From Macrostomum lignano (taxonomy: Eukaryota), in the NCBI GenBank assembly GCA_002269645.1, contig NIVC01000200.1:496001-560000 (forward strand): DNA of 64,000 bases. The letters are read 5' to 3'. Each line of letters starts with the position of its first letter. Position 1 is the first letter of the stretch. Position numbers and translations under genes: made by a program. Under the pieces are notes generated by a model. It was given only the letters and a program-made list of their open reading frames with translations, ran no database searches and was not told the origin of the DNA. Positions 23,593 to 35,260 of the stretch are shown here, one piece after another.

Positions 23593-24735
23593 TTAAATAC
23601 CCAGCAGGTTGTCAAGCGAACCAACACCCCCGACAAAATTCTCGTCGATCCATTCGTCCTGCTCGTGCTGCATAATGGGGGACGGAGTGCTCGGCAGGCC
23701 GATCATGAGGCCGTTCAAAGAGCCATTCAAGCTGGCAGGATTCTGATGCTGCTGATGCTGATCACCCATGCCACCGTGGTTGGACCCGTTGGTGAGCCAC
23801 CAGCTGGGCGGCGGCAGGGCCATGCCGTGCAGCGTCAAATCCAGCAAGCTGTCAGGATTCGACATGTCAAGCGCCGGCGTCGGGTCAGCCAGTACGCCGT
23901 CGTCATCCGGTTCAAACAGCCAGCGCTCGTCTTCGTCGAGATCTCCGACGCCGATGATGCCGCCTGGTAGAGCTACGAGAGAGTCGGCGCCAACGTTCGA
24001 CACGGCGGTGGCCGCTGTAGAGTCTTTGCCTGGCGTCAGTGAAACTGACGATGCTGTCAGAGTGGAAACTGCGACGGAGGCCGCCGCTGCGGCTGCCGTT
24101 GTCGCCGCTACAGAGACGGCCGTGGCTGCGGCGGCGGCGGCAGAGGCTGCGGCAGCTGCTGACGCTGTTGAAGCCGGCTGAGCCGTCAGGGTCGGGTCGC
24201 GGACTCGAGTCTCCACAGGGCCGCCGCTTAGAGCCATGGACACCCAGTGACCGCTGGAGTCGTGTCTGCCGCCACTGTCCGCATCGACGCTTCTTCCGTT
24301 GCCAAATCTGCTCTCATCCTGGATTCGCCTCAGCTTTGCCGCCGCCGGGTGGTCGCTTAGCAGCGGCGACTCGTCAATTTGTTCATCGTGACTGTGATGC
24401 CGTCGATTGTTGTTGCCATGGAAACCGGCGCCGCCGTTTACAAGAGGCGAATCGAAAAGATGCAATGGCGGTGGCGGCAGCTGATGATGATGCTGAGGCT
24501 GCGTTGAGCGTTGACGCTTTAACAATCCGTGAGATGAAGGCGACACCTGATGATGCTGGTACTGCTGCTGCTGCGCATTAGCCAGCTCAAACTGGCCAGT
24601 GTAGTCGGGATTCAGGCGCCAGTAGCCGCCGCAACTGCCGGCGCTTCCGCTGCCACCACGGCTGGCCGCTTCGTCTTTGCGTCGAGGTACGCGTTGGAAG
24701 CAACGATTGAGGGTCAGGTTGTAGCGGACGGCGCT
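23593..24735 (-). CDS. foxj1: FoxJ1-like gene exon 3 (recognition helix, wings, C-terminal region)
   Basis: Acceptor ctcccag|AGC GCC GTC CGC TAC AAC CTG ACC CTC AAT CGT TGC TTC gives SAVRYNLTLNRCFQRVPRRKDE...GGYWRLNP. In frame with ORF 23593..24546. LDLTLHGMALPPPSWW resembles the invertebrate FoxJ1 C-terminal motif. The joined CDS is 2274 nt (757 aa). Confidence 0.9.
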   Translation of the reverse strand, partial: SAVRYNLTLNRCFQRVPRRKDEAASRGGSGSAGSCGGYWRLNPDYTGQFELANAQQQQYQHHQVSPSSHGLLKRQRSTQPQHHHQLPPPPLHLFDSPLVNGGAGFHGNNNRRHHSHDEQIDESPLLSDHPAAAKLRRIQDESRFGNGRSVDADSGGRHDSSGHWVSMALSGGPVETRVRDPTLTAQPASTASAAAAASAAAAAATAVSVAATTAAAAAASVAVSTLTASSVSLTPGKDSTAATAVSNVGADSLVALPGGIIGVGDLDEDERWLFEPDDDGVLADPTPALDMSNPDSLLDLTLHGMALPPPSWWLTNGSNHGGMGDQHQQHQNPASLNGSLNGLMIGLPSTPSPIMQHEQDEWIDENFVGGVGSLDNLLGI

Positions 24736-24852
24736 CTGGGAGAGACGGGGATTGTTGGAGATAATTTTAGAGTCGGTAACTACTAGCTTTACAAGCTACT
24801 AGCTAGCCAACAAGTTGGGTTATTGGGATAAGTATGCGTTGTGTTGCCCGAT

Positions 24853-26351
24853 AAGGGGCGTCGCCACCGGGGGGGGGGACAAGGGGGACATGTCCCCCCA
24901 GTAAAAACTATGGGGGACATGCCAATGCTTTGCCCCACCCCACCCACCCAACTTTGTGATCCGTTATGAAAATCAATTTTGCTTCAGGGTGGCAAAATAT
25001 AGTACCTGCGGCGCTAAAATGAGTACCTGCGGCGCCAAAAGGAGTGCCTGGGGCGCTAAAATGAGGGCATGTGGCACCAAAAGGAGTGCCTGGGGCGCTA
25101 AAATGAGGGCATGTGGCACCAAAAGGAGTGCCTGCGGCGCCATAGAAAATGAGTGCCTGTGGCGCCAAAATGAGTGCCTGCGGCGCCATAGAAAATGAGT
25201 GCCTGCGGCGCCATAGAAAATGAGTGCCTGTGGCGCCAAAATGAGTGCCTGCGGCGCCATAGAAAATGAGTGCCTGCGGCGCCATAGAAAATGAGTGCCT
25301 GCGGCGCCATAGAAAATGAGTGCCTGCGGCGCCATAGAAAATGAGTGCCTGCGGCGCCATAGAAAATGAGTGCCTGCGGCGCCATAGAAAATGAGTGCCT
25401 GTGGCGCCATAGAAAATGAGTGCCTGTGGCGCTAGAATCAGTGCCTGTGGCACCAAAATGAGTGCCTGCGGCGCCAAAGAAAATGAGTGCCTGCGGCGCC
25501 AAAATGAGTGCCTGCGGCGCTAAAACCAGTGCCTGTGGCACCAAAATGAGTGCCTGCGGCGCTAAAACCAGTGCCTGTGGCACCAAAATGAGTGCCTGCG
25601 GCGCTAAAACCAGTGCCTGTGGCACCAAAATGAGTGCCTGCGGCGCTAAAACCAGTGCCTGTGGCGCCAAAATGAGTGCCTGCGGCGCTAAAACCAGTGC
25701 CTGTGGCACCAAAATGAGTGCCTGCGGCGCCATAGAAAATGAGTGCCTGCGGCGCTAAAACCAGTGCCTTTGGCACCAAAATGAGTGCCTGCGGCGCTAA
25801 AATCAGTGCCTGTGGCACCAAAATGAGTGCCTGTGGCACCAAAATGAGTGCCTGCGGCGCCAAAATCAGTGCCTGTGGCACCAAAATGAGTGCCTGCGGC
25901 GCTAAAATCAGTGACTGTGGCACCAAAATGAGTGCCTGCGGCGCTAAAATCAGTGCCTGTGGCACCAAAATGAGTGCCTGCGGCGCCAAAATCAGTGCCT
26001 GTGGCACCAAAATGAGTGCCTGCGGCGCTAAAATCAGTGACTGTGGCACCAAAATGAGTGCCTGCGGCGCTAAAATCAGTGCCTGTAGCACCAAAATAAG
26101 TGCCTGCGGCGCTAAAATCAGTGCCTGTGGCACCAAAATGAGTGCCTGTGGCACCAAAATGAGTGCCTGTGGCACCAAAATGAGAGCCTGCGGTGCTAAA
26201 ATCAGTGCCTGTGGCACCAAAATGAGTGCCTGCGGAGCCAAAATGAGCGCTGATAACACTGATTCTGAAAATAATGTACATGCACACTGTACATGTAGAA
26301 TTCTTGGCTTTGCCCCCCCCCCACCATAAAGTCCATATGGCGACGCTCCTG
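24853..26351. mobile_element. hAT-like MITE expanded by an internal minisatellite (FoxJ1 intron 2)
   Basis: TIR AAGGGGCGTCGCCA / TGGCGACGCTCCTG, degenerate 8-bp TSD TGCCCGAT / CGCCCAAT (6 of 8), and G/C-run subtermini like the 16254 element. Confidence 0.72.
25000..26245. repeat. 21/25-bp minisatellite AAAATGAGTGCCTG(C/T)GGC(G/A)C(C/T) inside the hAT-like MITE
   Basis: Direct reading. It is the source of the overlapping ORFs 24908-26433. Confidence 0.95.
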
Positions 26352-27239
26352 CGCCCAATAACACATCTCCAAATAAGGGCATTGAAAAATGTCTCCAAAG
26401 CTCTACCCATCTGTCCTCAGGTACATGGGCCATAAAACACGTACTGATGCATCTTCGCCAGTTTTAAATAGTTAATAAATCAAGTAAAAAGCAGAATTGC
26501 TATTTGATTTTTTTCTGCAAAGTTTCCTTTGCGTTACAACAGTGTTTGTACAGTTCCCGCGTTCTCTTCATCATCTCTTACTCCAGGCGATGTCTCACTC
26601 AGCTCCCATCTCGTCCCAACCGTGGGAAGAAAGCTCCCCAATGGCGTACTCGCCATGGTTAAAAACTTCATATAGTACACGACCCATTGTCCAGTTTACG
26701 GCCAGCCTACTAACACAGCTCTCTGCTATTGTGAAGAGAATTTTGCTGCTTCAGAGAGAATATATAATGACTTCATAGAGCCAACTAGTATTAAAATATG
26801 AGGATATAATCTCCCTAAAAGTGCATCGTCAGGATGCGAAAAACTTCTGCGTGTCATTCTATGAAATTGGCTAACTATAAAAAATTCCTACTCACAAGAG
26901 GATTAGAAGACACTGCTGTCAGACAGACAGATTAGATAAAAGAGTAAAGTTTAGGTTTATTCTTCTTAAAACTGCTCAGCACAATAGATAAGATAAGATT
27001 CAGTTAAACGGCGAAGCTTAATTGAGTCTTCAATTAACTTAAATTCATAGTTGGTTGGGCGTTAACTAACTGGCTGCATGCCACAGATCAGAGTTGGTCA
27101 AACCACGATAAAATGTAGTGTTTACTTTGAATAATTGTTGGAACATTTCGAAAACAGGTCCCAATTGAATAAATACCGTATTTTGCCACTTTCGATCAAC
27201 TGTCTACAGTGTCTGTAAGAAACAATTCTGAAACTAGCC

Positions 27240-28628
27240 AAAACAGATCCCTCAGACACCGCATCAGACCCCTCAGACACCGCATCAGATCCCTCAGATC
27301 CCTTAGCCACCCTTAGCCAAATCCCAATCAGATCCCTCAGACACCGCATCAAATCCCTAAGCCACCGGATCAGATCCCTATCAGATCCATTAGCCACCGC
27401 ATTAGATCATTCAGACACCGCATCAGATCCCTCAGACACCGCATCAGATCCCTCAGACACCGCATCAGATCCCTCAGACACCGCATCAGATCCCTCAGAC
27501 ACCGCATCAGATCCCTCAGACACCGCATCAGATCCCTCAGACACCGCATCAGATCCCTCAGACACCGCATCAAATCCCTAAGCCACCGGATCAGATCCCT
27601 ATCAGATCCATTAGCCACCGCATTAGATCATTCAGACACCGCATCAGATCCCTCAGACACCGCATCAGATCCCTCAGACACCGCATCAGATCCCTCAGAC
27701 ACCGCATCAGATCCCTCAGACACCGCATCAGATCCCTCAGACACCGCATCAGATCCTTCAGACACCGCATCAGATCCCTCAGACACCGCATCAGATCCCT
27801 CAGACACCGCATCAGATCCCTCAGACACCGCATCAGATCCCTCAGACACCGCATCAGATCCCTCAGACACCGCATCAGATCCATCAGACACCGCATCAGA
27901 TCCCTCAGACACCGCATCAGATCCCTCTGACACCGCATCAGATCCCTCAGACACCGCATCAGATCCCTCAGACACCGCATCAGATCCATCAGACACCGCA
28001 TCAGATCCCTCAGACACCGCATCAGATCCCTCAGACACCGCATCAGATCCCTCAGACACCGCATCAGATCCATCAGACACCGCATCAGATCCATCAGACA
28101 CCGCATCAGATCCCTCAGACACCGCATCAGATCCCTCAGACACCGCATCAGATCCATCAGACACCGCATCAGATCCATCAGACACCGCATCAGATCCCTC
28201 AGACACCGCATTAGATCCCTCAGACACCGCATCAGATCCATCAGACACCGCATCAGATCCCTCAGACACCGCATCAAATCCCTAAGCCACCGGATCAGAT
28301 CCCTATCAGATCCATTAGCCACCGCATTAGATCATTCAGACACCGCATCAGATCCATCAGACACCGCATCAAATCCCTAAGCCACCGGATCAGATCCCTA
28401 TCAGATCCATTAGCCACCGCATTAGATCATTCAGACACCGCATCAGATCCCTCAGACACCGCATCAGATCCCTCAGACACCGCATCAGATCCCTCAGACA
28501 CCGCATCAGATCCCTCAGACACCGCATCAGATCCCTCAGACACCGCATCAGATCCCTCAGACACCGCATCAGATCCCTCAGACACCGCATCAGATCCCTC
28601 AGACACCGCATCAGATCCATCAGACACC
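27240..28628. repeat. 21-bp minisatellite CAGATCCCTCAGACACCGCAT with higher-order interruptions
   Basis: Direct reading. A variant block AAATCCCTAAGCCACCGGAT...TTAGATCATT recurs four times. Confidence 0.96.
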
Positions 28629-28634
28629 GTGCTA

Positions 28635-29707
28635 AACCTTTTTACTCTCTATTTTGAAAAATCTGCACTCAATATTGACATGTTTGCATTCAATTTTGAC
28701 AGTCTGCATGGTATCGCTTTTAGAAATGTTCAACTTATTTTGACAAACTAAAATGCAATAATGACGAATTTCAACCGAAAATGACAAACTTCAACCTTAA
28801 TAAACAATTTGCAAGCAATTTTGACATTGCATTTAGTTTTGACAATCGGTTACAAAACAGTACCTTTGTCTCGCCGTCTATGGAACAAAGCTTGCATATG
28901 TGCATCCATTTTTTACAGAGTGCATCCAAAAGTGACAGTTAAAGATCCGATCCCAACCCTAGCGGGGCCTACGCGCCCTGACTGATCCGGTGAGAGTTTG
29001 CCCTGGCCAATCGTTCGCTGATCCCAGGTCCTGGCCAGAGCAATATTGGGATTTGTCTCAATCGAGTTCTTCATGAAACCGCCAGCATGGCCTGATTAAC
29101 TCTGATCTGAACGGCTGATCTCCATTTGGCAGCTTTTCTACTCGACCAATTCTACCAACGGCATACGCTGCAGTGGTTCTTTTGATCCCCAAGGTACGAG
29201 CCAGGTAAAAAAAGTCGTCACCATTCTCATGGGCAGTAGTTAACCGGTTAATTTCTGGGTTAACCGCCTCCTGTCGTCGTCGCTAACTTTGGCGTTGACT
29301 CGCGGACCTGCCATACAGAACGTAATACGACTACTTGGCAAACTGATTAGCTAGTGTATTTATACGGTTAACAAAGGTTTTTTTTCAATGTGTGCTAATG
29401 TAATCTGTCACTTTTGGATGCACTCTGTCAAAAATGGGTGCACATATGCAAGCTTCGTTCCATAGACGGCGAGACAAAGGCACTGTTTTGTAACCGATTG
29501 TCAAAACTGAATACACACTGTCAAGTTGCTTGCAAATTGTTAATAAAGGTTGAAGTTTGTCATTTTCGGTTGAAATTCGTCATTATTGCATTTGAGTTTG
29601 TCAAAATAGGTTGAACATTTCTACAAGCGATGCCACAGACTGTCAAAATTGAATGCAAAGATGTCAATATTGAGTGCAGATTTTTCAAAATAGAAAGTAA
29701 AAAGGTG
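28635..29707. mobile_element. Foldback element with ~307-bp inverted arms and TA TSD (Tc1/mariner-like, tentative)
   Basis: 28635-28941 is the reverse complement of 29401-29707 with scattered mismatches, and TA flanks both ends. Lies in FoxJ1 intron 2. Confidence 0.85.
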
Positions 29708-29884
29708 TACATTCCTTTTACATCGAATGGTATTTCTGAGAAAACAGAAATATCTCAGGTACCACGTGAATCACAACTGATACCTTACTAATACCTGTAC
29801 AATGCTCTCTTATTTTCAGCAGCAAGAGCACCTTTTTAATTGATTGCTAGCGCGTACTTAATCACTGCGACTATAACTCCTCAC

Positions 29885-30586
29885 CTGCCAGCTTTGATCG
29901 GCCGAACTGCCATAGAATGCAAAATGCGCCCCAATCCAGTCGCAGATTTCCTGCAGAGTCATTTTCGATTTCTTCAGACTTTTCAACGCCATGTAGATTA
30001 GAGTAGAAAAAGAATAGGGCGGTCGGAGGGTCGGATCGGCCGCATATTCCGGATCTGGCTTCGGTGGGATTGGAGGCGCCGATGGTGGCAGTTGAATCAA
30101 CGATTGTTGATGTTGTTGCTGTTGCTGCTGTTGCTGATGCTGTTGCTGTTGCTGATGCTGCTGCTGACTATGATGATAATTATGATGATGCTGCGACGTC
30201 AATAGCGACTGATTTTCATACGGCAACCCACCGTTTGTTGAAGGTTGAAAAGTTGGCGAAGAGATTGCTCGATGCAGGTTGGGCCTCGAATTACCGGAAG
30301 CTGACAGGTAGCTCTGCTGATGCTGCTGCTGTGTATAGAACTGCAGCGAGTCAGCTACCGTTTGCTCGACTAGAATCACCTCGGAGCCAAGCACCGCCAC
30401 CGCCGATGCGGCTGCAGATGCAGCGGCGGCTGCGTCCGCTGCTGCAGCCGCTGCCGCCATAGCGGCCGCCGATGGAGGCTGCGGCGAAGCCGGCGGAGTT
30501 GGCGGAGTCAGCTTCATCAGGTTCATGTTCTGCGAGGTTGATAACGAGACGCTAGTTGCAGGATTATGCACCATACACACCGTCGG
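29885..30586 (-). CDS. foxj1: FoxJ1-like gene exon 2 (N-terminal half of forkhead domain)
   Basis: Acceptor ctttag|CCG. EYAADPTLRPPYSFSTLIYMALKSLKKSKMTLQEICDWI...ADQSWQ parallels FoxJ1 KPPYSYATLICMAM..KITL..IYKWI..ADPTWQ. Donor CAG|GTGAGG. Confidence 0.92.
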
Positions 30587-30812
30587 CTAAAGCATCAATT
30601 CGTACTTTAAGATCTAAGCTGTCTTTATCTTGAATAAACAGCTCTAGCAGTAAACGCTTCTCCCTCCACGCTTGTTTGTCAAAGGGTCCTATCTTTTCTA
30701 ACTGTTTTCTTTCTACGCAGACTGTTAGCTTAGCATTGCTATATTAGCGCGCTTACGTTTACGTTTAGCAGAAAAAAAGAAAAATCCATGCCAATCAAAA
30801 CTCAGTGCTTAC

Positions 30813-31241
30813 TTGTAGCCAGCCTAGGTTAGTCAGATCCATGTCCGTCGCACCGCTGCTACCACCATTTCCAGTCACCGCGGCGGCGGCCGCGGCAGCT
30901 GCCAACTTGCCAACAGCTGTCGGTGAAAACAGAGCGTCGTGGTTAACTGCTGCTGCGGCCATCACAGCTGCCGCAGTTTGCTGCTGTTGCTGTTGCTGTT
31001 GCTGAACCTGCGTGTCTCTTACAGCCCAGTTGTGTCTCAGCCGTTGAGCCAACTGCTCTCTGCTCATATTACTGCCGTTCGTACTACCACCGCTGTTACT
31101 AGTAGTGTTACTATTCTGTCTCTGTGGCTGTCGCGGCTTGCCAAAGCGTTGGTGAATGTGTAAATGCTGATGATGCGGCGGAGGCTGCGGTGCGAGCGAC
31201 AAGGATCGCCTCAGCAGCAACGGACTGGAAGCGGCAGTCAT
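30813..31241 (-). CDS. foxj1: FoxJ1-like forkhead transcription factor, exon 1 of 3
   Basis: PolyQ/polyA N-terminus ending in DLTNLGWLQ, matching the FoxJ1 N-terminal LTSLxWLQ motif. Donor CAA|GTAAGC is phase 0. Confidence 0.82.
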
Positions 31242-31992
31242 GATGAAGTTTGAAGTTTCGGTTTTATAATTAAACTAATCCGACTCAAACAACACTATAG
31301 GAGTCCCTAGAATTTAGCGTTGAGCCACTATCTGAGCATAAAACTTACGCTTATATATTAGTTTTGGATAGAATAGAAAAAATAGAGGTCTGAATGGCAG
31401 GTCGAAAACGCCGCAGGAGAGAAAAAACCGTTCTGCCCTTACGGACCAGACAACGCAGGTTGCTTGTTTAGGCTCGGGGTTCATTAGAGTTTGCCAGACA
31501 CTCTCAAAGCCGGCATAGCGCGCTATGTGCTCGACGTTTGCTTGGGTGGGGCTGTGCCACCCACCCCAAACGAACTCGCTTGTAAACCCCCCCCCCCATT
31601 CGAATTGCATTCATACTCTCGCAGTCTTGCAGAATAGCCGTCTAATGCACATTTATCGCCGAAGTCTTGTATTTTAAGTTTTAAACTGTGCAGACTGTGC
31701 TCACTTTTCTACCGCAGTGGAGAAGAGCGAGCTGGAAGCCAGCACAAATGCACGCACGCACAGGCATACACGCTAAACTGAAATGCAGCTCAGTTTATAC
31801 AAATATAAAGGAAGACAGAGGCTGTGTTGAATTCTCTTAACTGGGTTTGGATTTTTTCGAGTTGGTCTGCGAGTAACGGTAAAAATGAGATGAATTGGCT
31901 ATAGAAGCACCAGAAACAGGGAGACAAGGGGTTGCGGGCTTTTAGAGCTGTCTGAATGCAATCTGATACTTCTGCCTTGGATACTAGTCTCG

Positions 31993-32070
31993 AGGGGCTG
32001 AGCATCTCAGCGGTAAACGCATTCGACTCTCCGCGTCACGACCCCCGGTTCAATTTCGTGCGCAGCCACA
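31993..32070 (+). mobile_element. Degenerate tRNA-like head, possibly a second SINE family
   Basis: TCTCAGCGG (A-box-like) and GGTTCAATTTC (B-box-like) at tRNA spacing, but no clean cloverleaf and no CORE segment. Confidence 0.35.
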
Positions 32071-32189
32071 TTCATTTAGGCTTGTGTGCATGAGAATTGG
32101 CCCAGGTGCGATTCATACCCTGATAGCCAGCCCCTAAGGCTCAGAGAGTGTACATGCCTGATGATCAGACAGTAAGGGCTGCTGCACAC

Positions 32190-33375
32190 CTGCATATCTC
32201 CGACACTGCATATCTCCGACACTTCATATCTCCGACACTTCATATCTCCGACACTTCATATCTCCGACACTTCATATCTCCGACACTTCACATCTCCGAC
32301 ACTTCACATCTCCGACACTTCATATCTCCGACACTTCATATCTCCGACAGTTCATATCTCTGACAATTCATATCTCCGACACTTCATATCTCCGACACTG
32401 CATATCTCCGACACTTCATATCTCTAACACTTCATATCTCCGACACTTCATATCCCCGACACTTCATATCTCCGACACTTCATATCTCTGACAATTCATA
32501 TCTCCGACACTGCATATCTCCGACACTTCACATCTCCGACACTTAATATCTCCGACACTTCATATCTCTGACACTTCACATCTCCGACACTTCATATCTC
32601 TGACACTTCATATCTCCGACACTTCATATCTCTGACACTTCATATCTCCGACAGTTCATATCTCTGACAATTCATATCTCCGACACTGCATATCTCCGAC
32701 ACTTCACATCTCCGACACTTCATATCTCCGACACTTCATATCTCTGACACTTCATATCTCCGACACTTCATATCTCTGACACTTCACATCTCCGACACTC
32801 CATATCTCTGACACTTCATATCTCCGACACTTCATATCTCTGACAATTCATATCTCCGACACTGCATATCTCCGACACTTCACATCTCCGACACTTCATA
32901 TCTCCGACACTTCATATCTCTGACAATTCATATCTCCGACACTGCATATCTCCGACACTTCACATCTCCGACACTTCATATCTCCGACACTTCATATCTC
33001 TGACACTTCATATCTCCGACACTTCATATCTCTGACACTTCACATCTCCGACACTCCATATCTCCGACACTTCATATCCCCGACACTTCATATCTCTGAC
33101 AATTCATATCTCCGACACTTCATATCCCCGACACTTCATATCTCTGACAATTCATATCTCCGACACTGCATATCTCCGACACTTCACATCTCCGACACTT
33201 CACATCTCCGACACTCCATATCTCCGACACTTCATATCCCCGAAACTTCATATCTCTGACAATTCATATCTCCGACACTTCATATCCCCGACACTTCATA
33301 TCCCCGACACTTCATATCTCCGACAGTTCATATCTCTGACAATTCATATCTCCGACACTTCATGTCTCCGACACT
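32190..33375. repeat. 16-bp minisatellite CACTTCATATCTCCGA
   Basis: About 74 copies, followed by a few inverted units at 33376-33455. Confidence 0.96.
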
Positions 33376-34374
33376 TGAAGTGTTCCGATATTTGAAGGGT
33401 CAGATTTATGAAAGAGAGTGCTTTTGGAGACATGAAATTTCGGAAATATGATAGCGCCCAGCTTCGTGGTCGTTCGACCTTATGGTTGTGAATCACACGA
33501 AAATCTTCTGGGCAAATTGGTGCAAAAACCTCAAATCTAACATTGTAATGTAATAAAGCTTGCATTAGAGAGATGAGCACTTCTTAGAACATAGCCTTGA
33601 ATCGACCCCCAGCAGCTGTGCCCTAATTTTAATTTGTTTTTCTTCTCTAAGTTATTACTTGTTTACAACAATCGCGGACTTTGTCTAGGCAAATCTTTTT
33701 TTTTCACACCGGCTTATTCTTTTAAGAGCCCACAACTCTGACCCACCCACAAAGACGAAAATCTTTTCTCATTTTAAGTCTTTCCGCCGCAGAACCTGCG
33801 AGGATAGAATTAGTAAGTATAAAATACGCTGAAATTGTATTCAATCGAATGGTGAGAGAACACAAGGTAAGTTGCAGTCCCCCTGTCTCTGTCTCTCTCT
33901 TACCCTACCCCATGGCTAAAGCCAAATGCAAATATTATACAGGCTTAAGTGACTATTAAATTGGCGTGGAATATATGAAATTAATGGGTTGCTACAGCAG
34001 TTTTCTAAGAAGGAAGAAATGCATGGAAAAGGCCGGGTGGGGTAAGCGAGAGAGAGTAATTACGTACAAATTGAAGCGAGAGACAATTGCTTGATATTTA
34101 GTGTTTAAGCTTCAGCTTGGCTGCACTTAACTGAGTGCAGCTAAACTATAAATTTATAGCATAAAAGTTGCTCAGGTCGGATCGATCTAGTTTCATTGAT
34201 CCAATTAATAAGCAAAATTTTAAATTGTTATTGATTAGTTACAGGGAGAGCACTCCTAGCAAAAATAGCCAGCGAAGGATTATTTCTTACAGGAGTGCAC
34301 AGAGTTGCTAAACTGGTGGGTGTAGCCAAGGGAAGGGCAAGGAAAGTACATGAAAATGGCGCCTATTCAAAATA

Positions 34375-35260
34375 AATGGCACCTATTCAAAAAATGGCGC
34401 CTTTCAAACTAAATGGCGCCTATTCAAATGAAATGTCGCCTATTCAAACTAAATGGCGCCTATTCAAATGAAATGTCGCCTATTCAAACTAAATGGCGCC
34501 TATTCAAATGAAATGTCGCCTATTCAAACTAAATGGCGCCTATTCAAATGAAATGTCGCCTATTCAAACTAAATGGCGCCTATTCAAATGAAATGTCGCC
34601 TATTCAAACTAAATGGCGCCTATTCAAATGAAATGGCGCCTATTCAAACTAAATGGCGCCTATTCAAACTAAATGTCGCCTATTCAAACTAAATGTCGCC
34701 TATTAAAAATAAATGTCGCCTATTCAAACTAAATGTCGCCTATTCAAACTAAATGTCGCCTATTCAAACTAAATGTCGCCTATTAAAAATAAATGTCGCC
34801 TATTCAAACTAAATGTCGCCTATTCAAACTAAATGTCACCTATTCAAACTAAATGGCGCCTATTAAAACTAAATGTCACCTATTCAAACTAAATGGCGCC
34901 TATTCAAACTAAATGTCGCCTATTCAAACTAAATGGCGCCTATTCAAACTAAATGTCACCTATTCAAACTAAATGGCGCCTATTCAAATGAAATGGCGCC
35001 AATTCAAACTAAATGTCGCCTATTCAAATAATATGGCGCCTATTCAAATGAAATGCCGCCTATTCAAATAATATGGCGCCTATTCAAAAAAATGGCGCCT
35101 ATTCAAACTAAATGGTACCTATTCAAAATAAATGGCACCTATTCAAAATAAATGGCGCCTGTTCAAAATAAACGGCGCCTATTCAAACTAAATGGCGCCT
35201 ATTCAAATGAAATGGCGCCTATTCAAACTAAATCTCGCCTATTCAAACTAAATGTCGCCT
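34375..35260. repeat. 20-bp minisatellite AAAT(G/T)GCGCCTATTCAAA(CT/TG)
   Basis: About 44 copies. Confidence 0.95.

Noticed and set aside
24908-28627. Repetitive ORFs (APQALIL, MSACG, DLMRCLR, SEGSDAV)
   Set aside because: They are minisatellite translations inside FoxJ1 intron 2.
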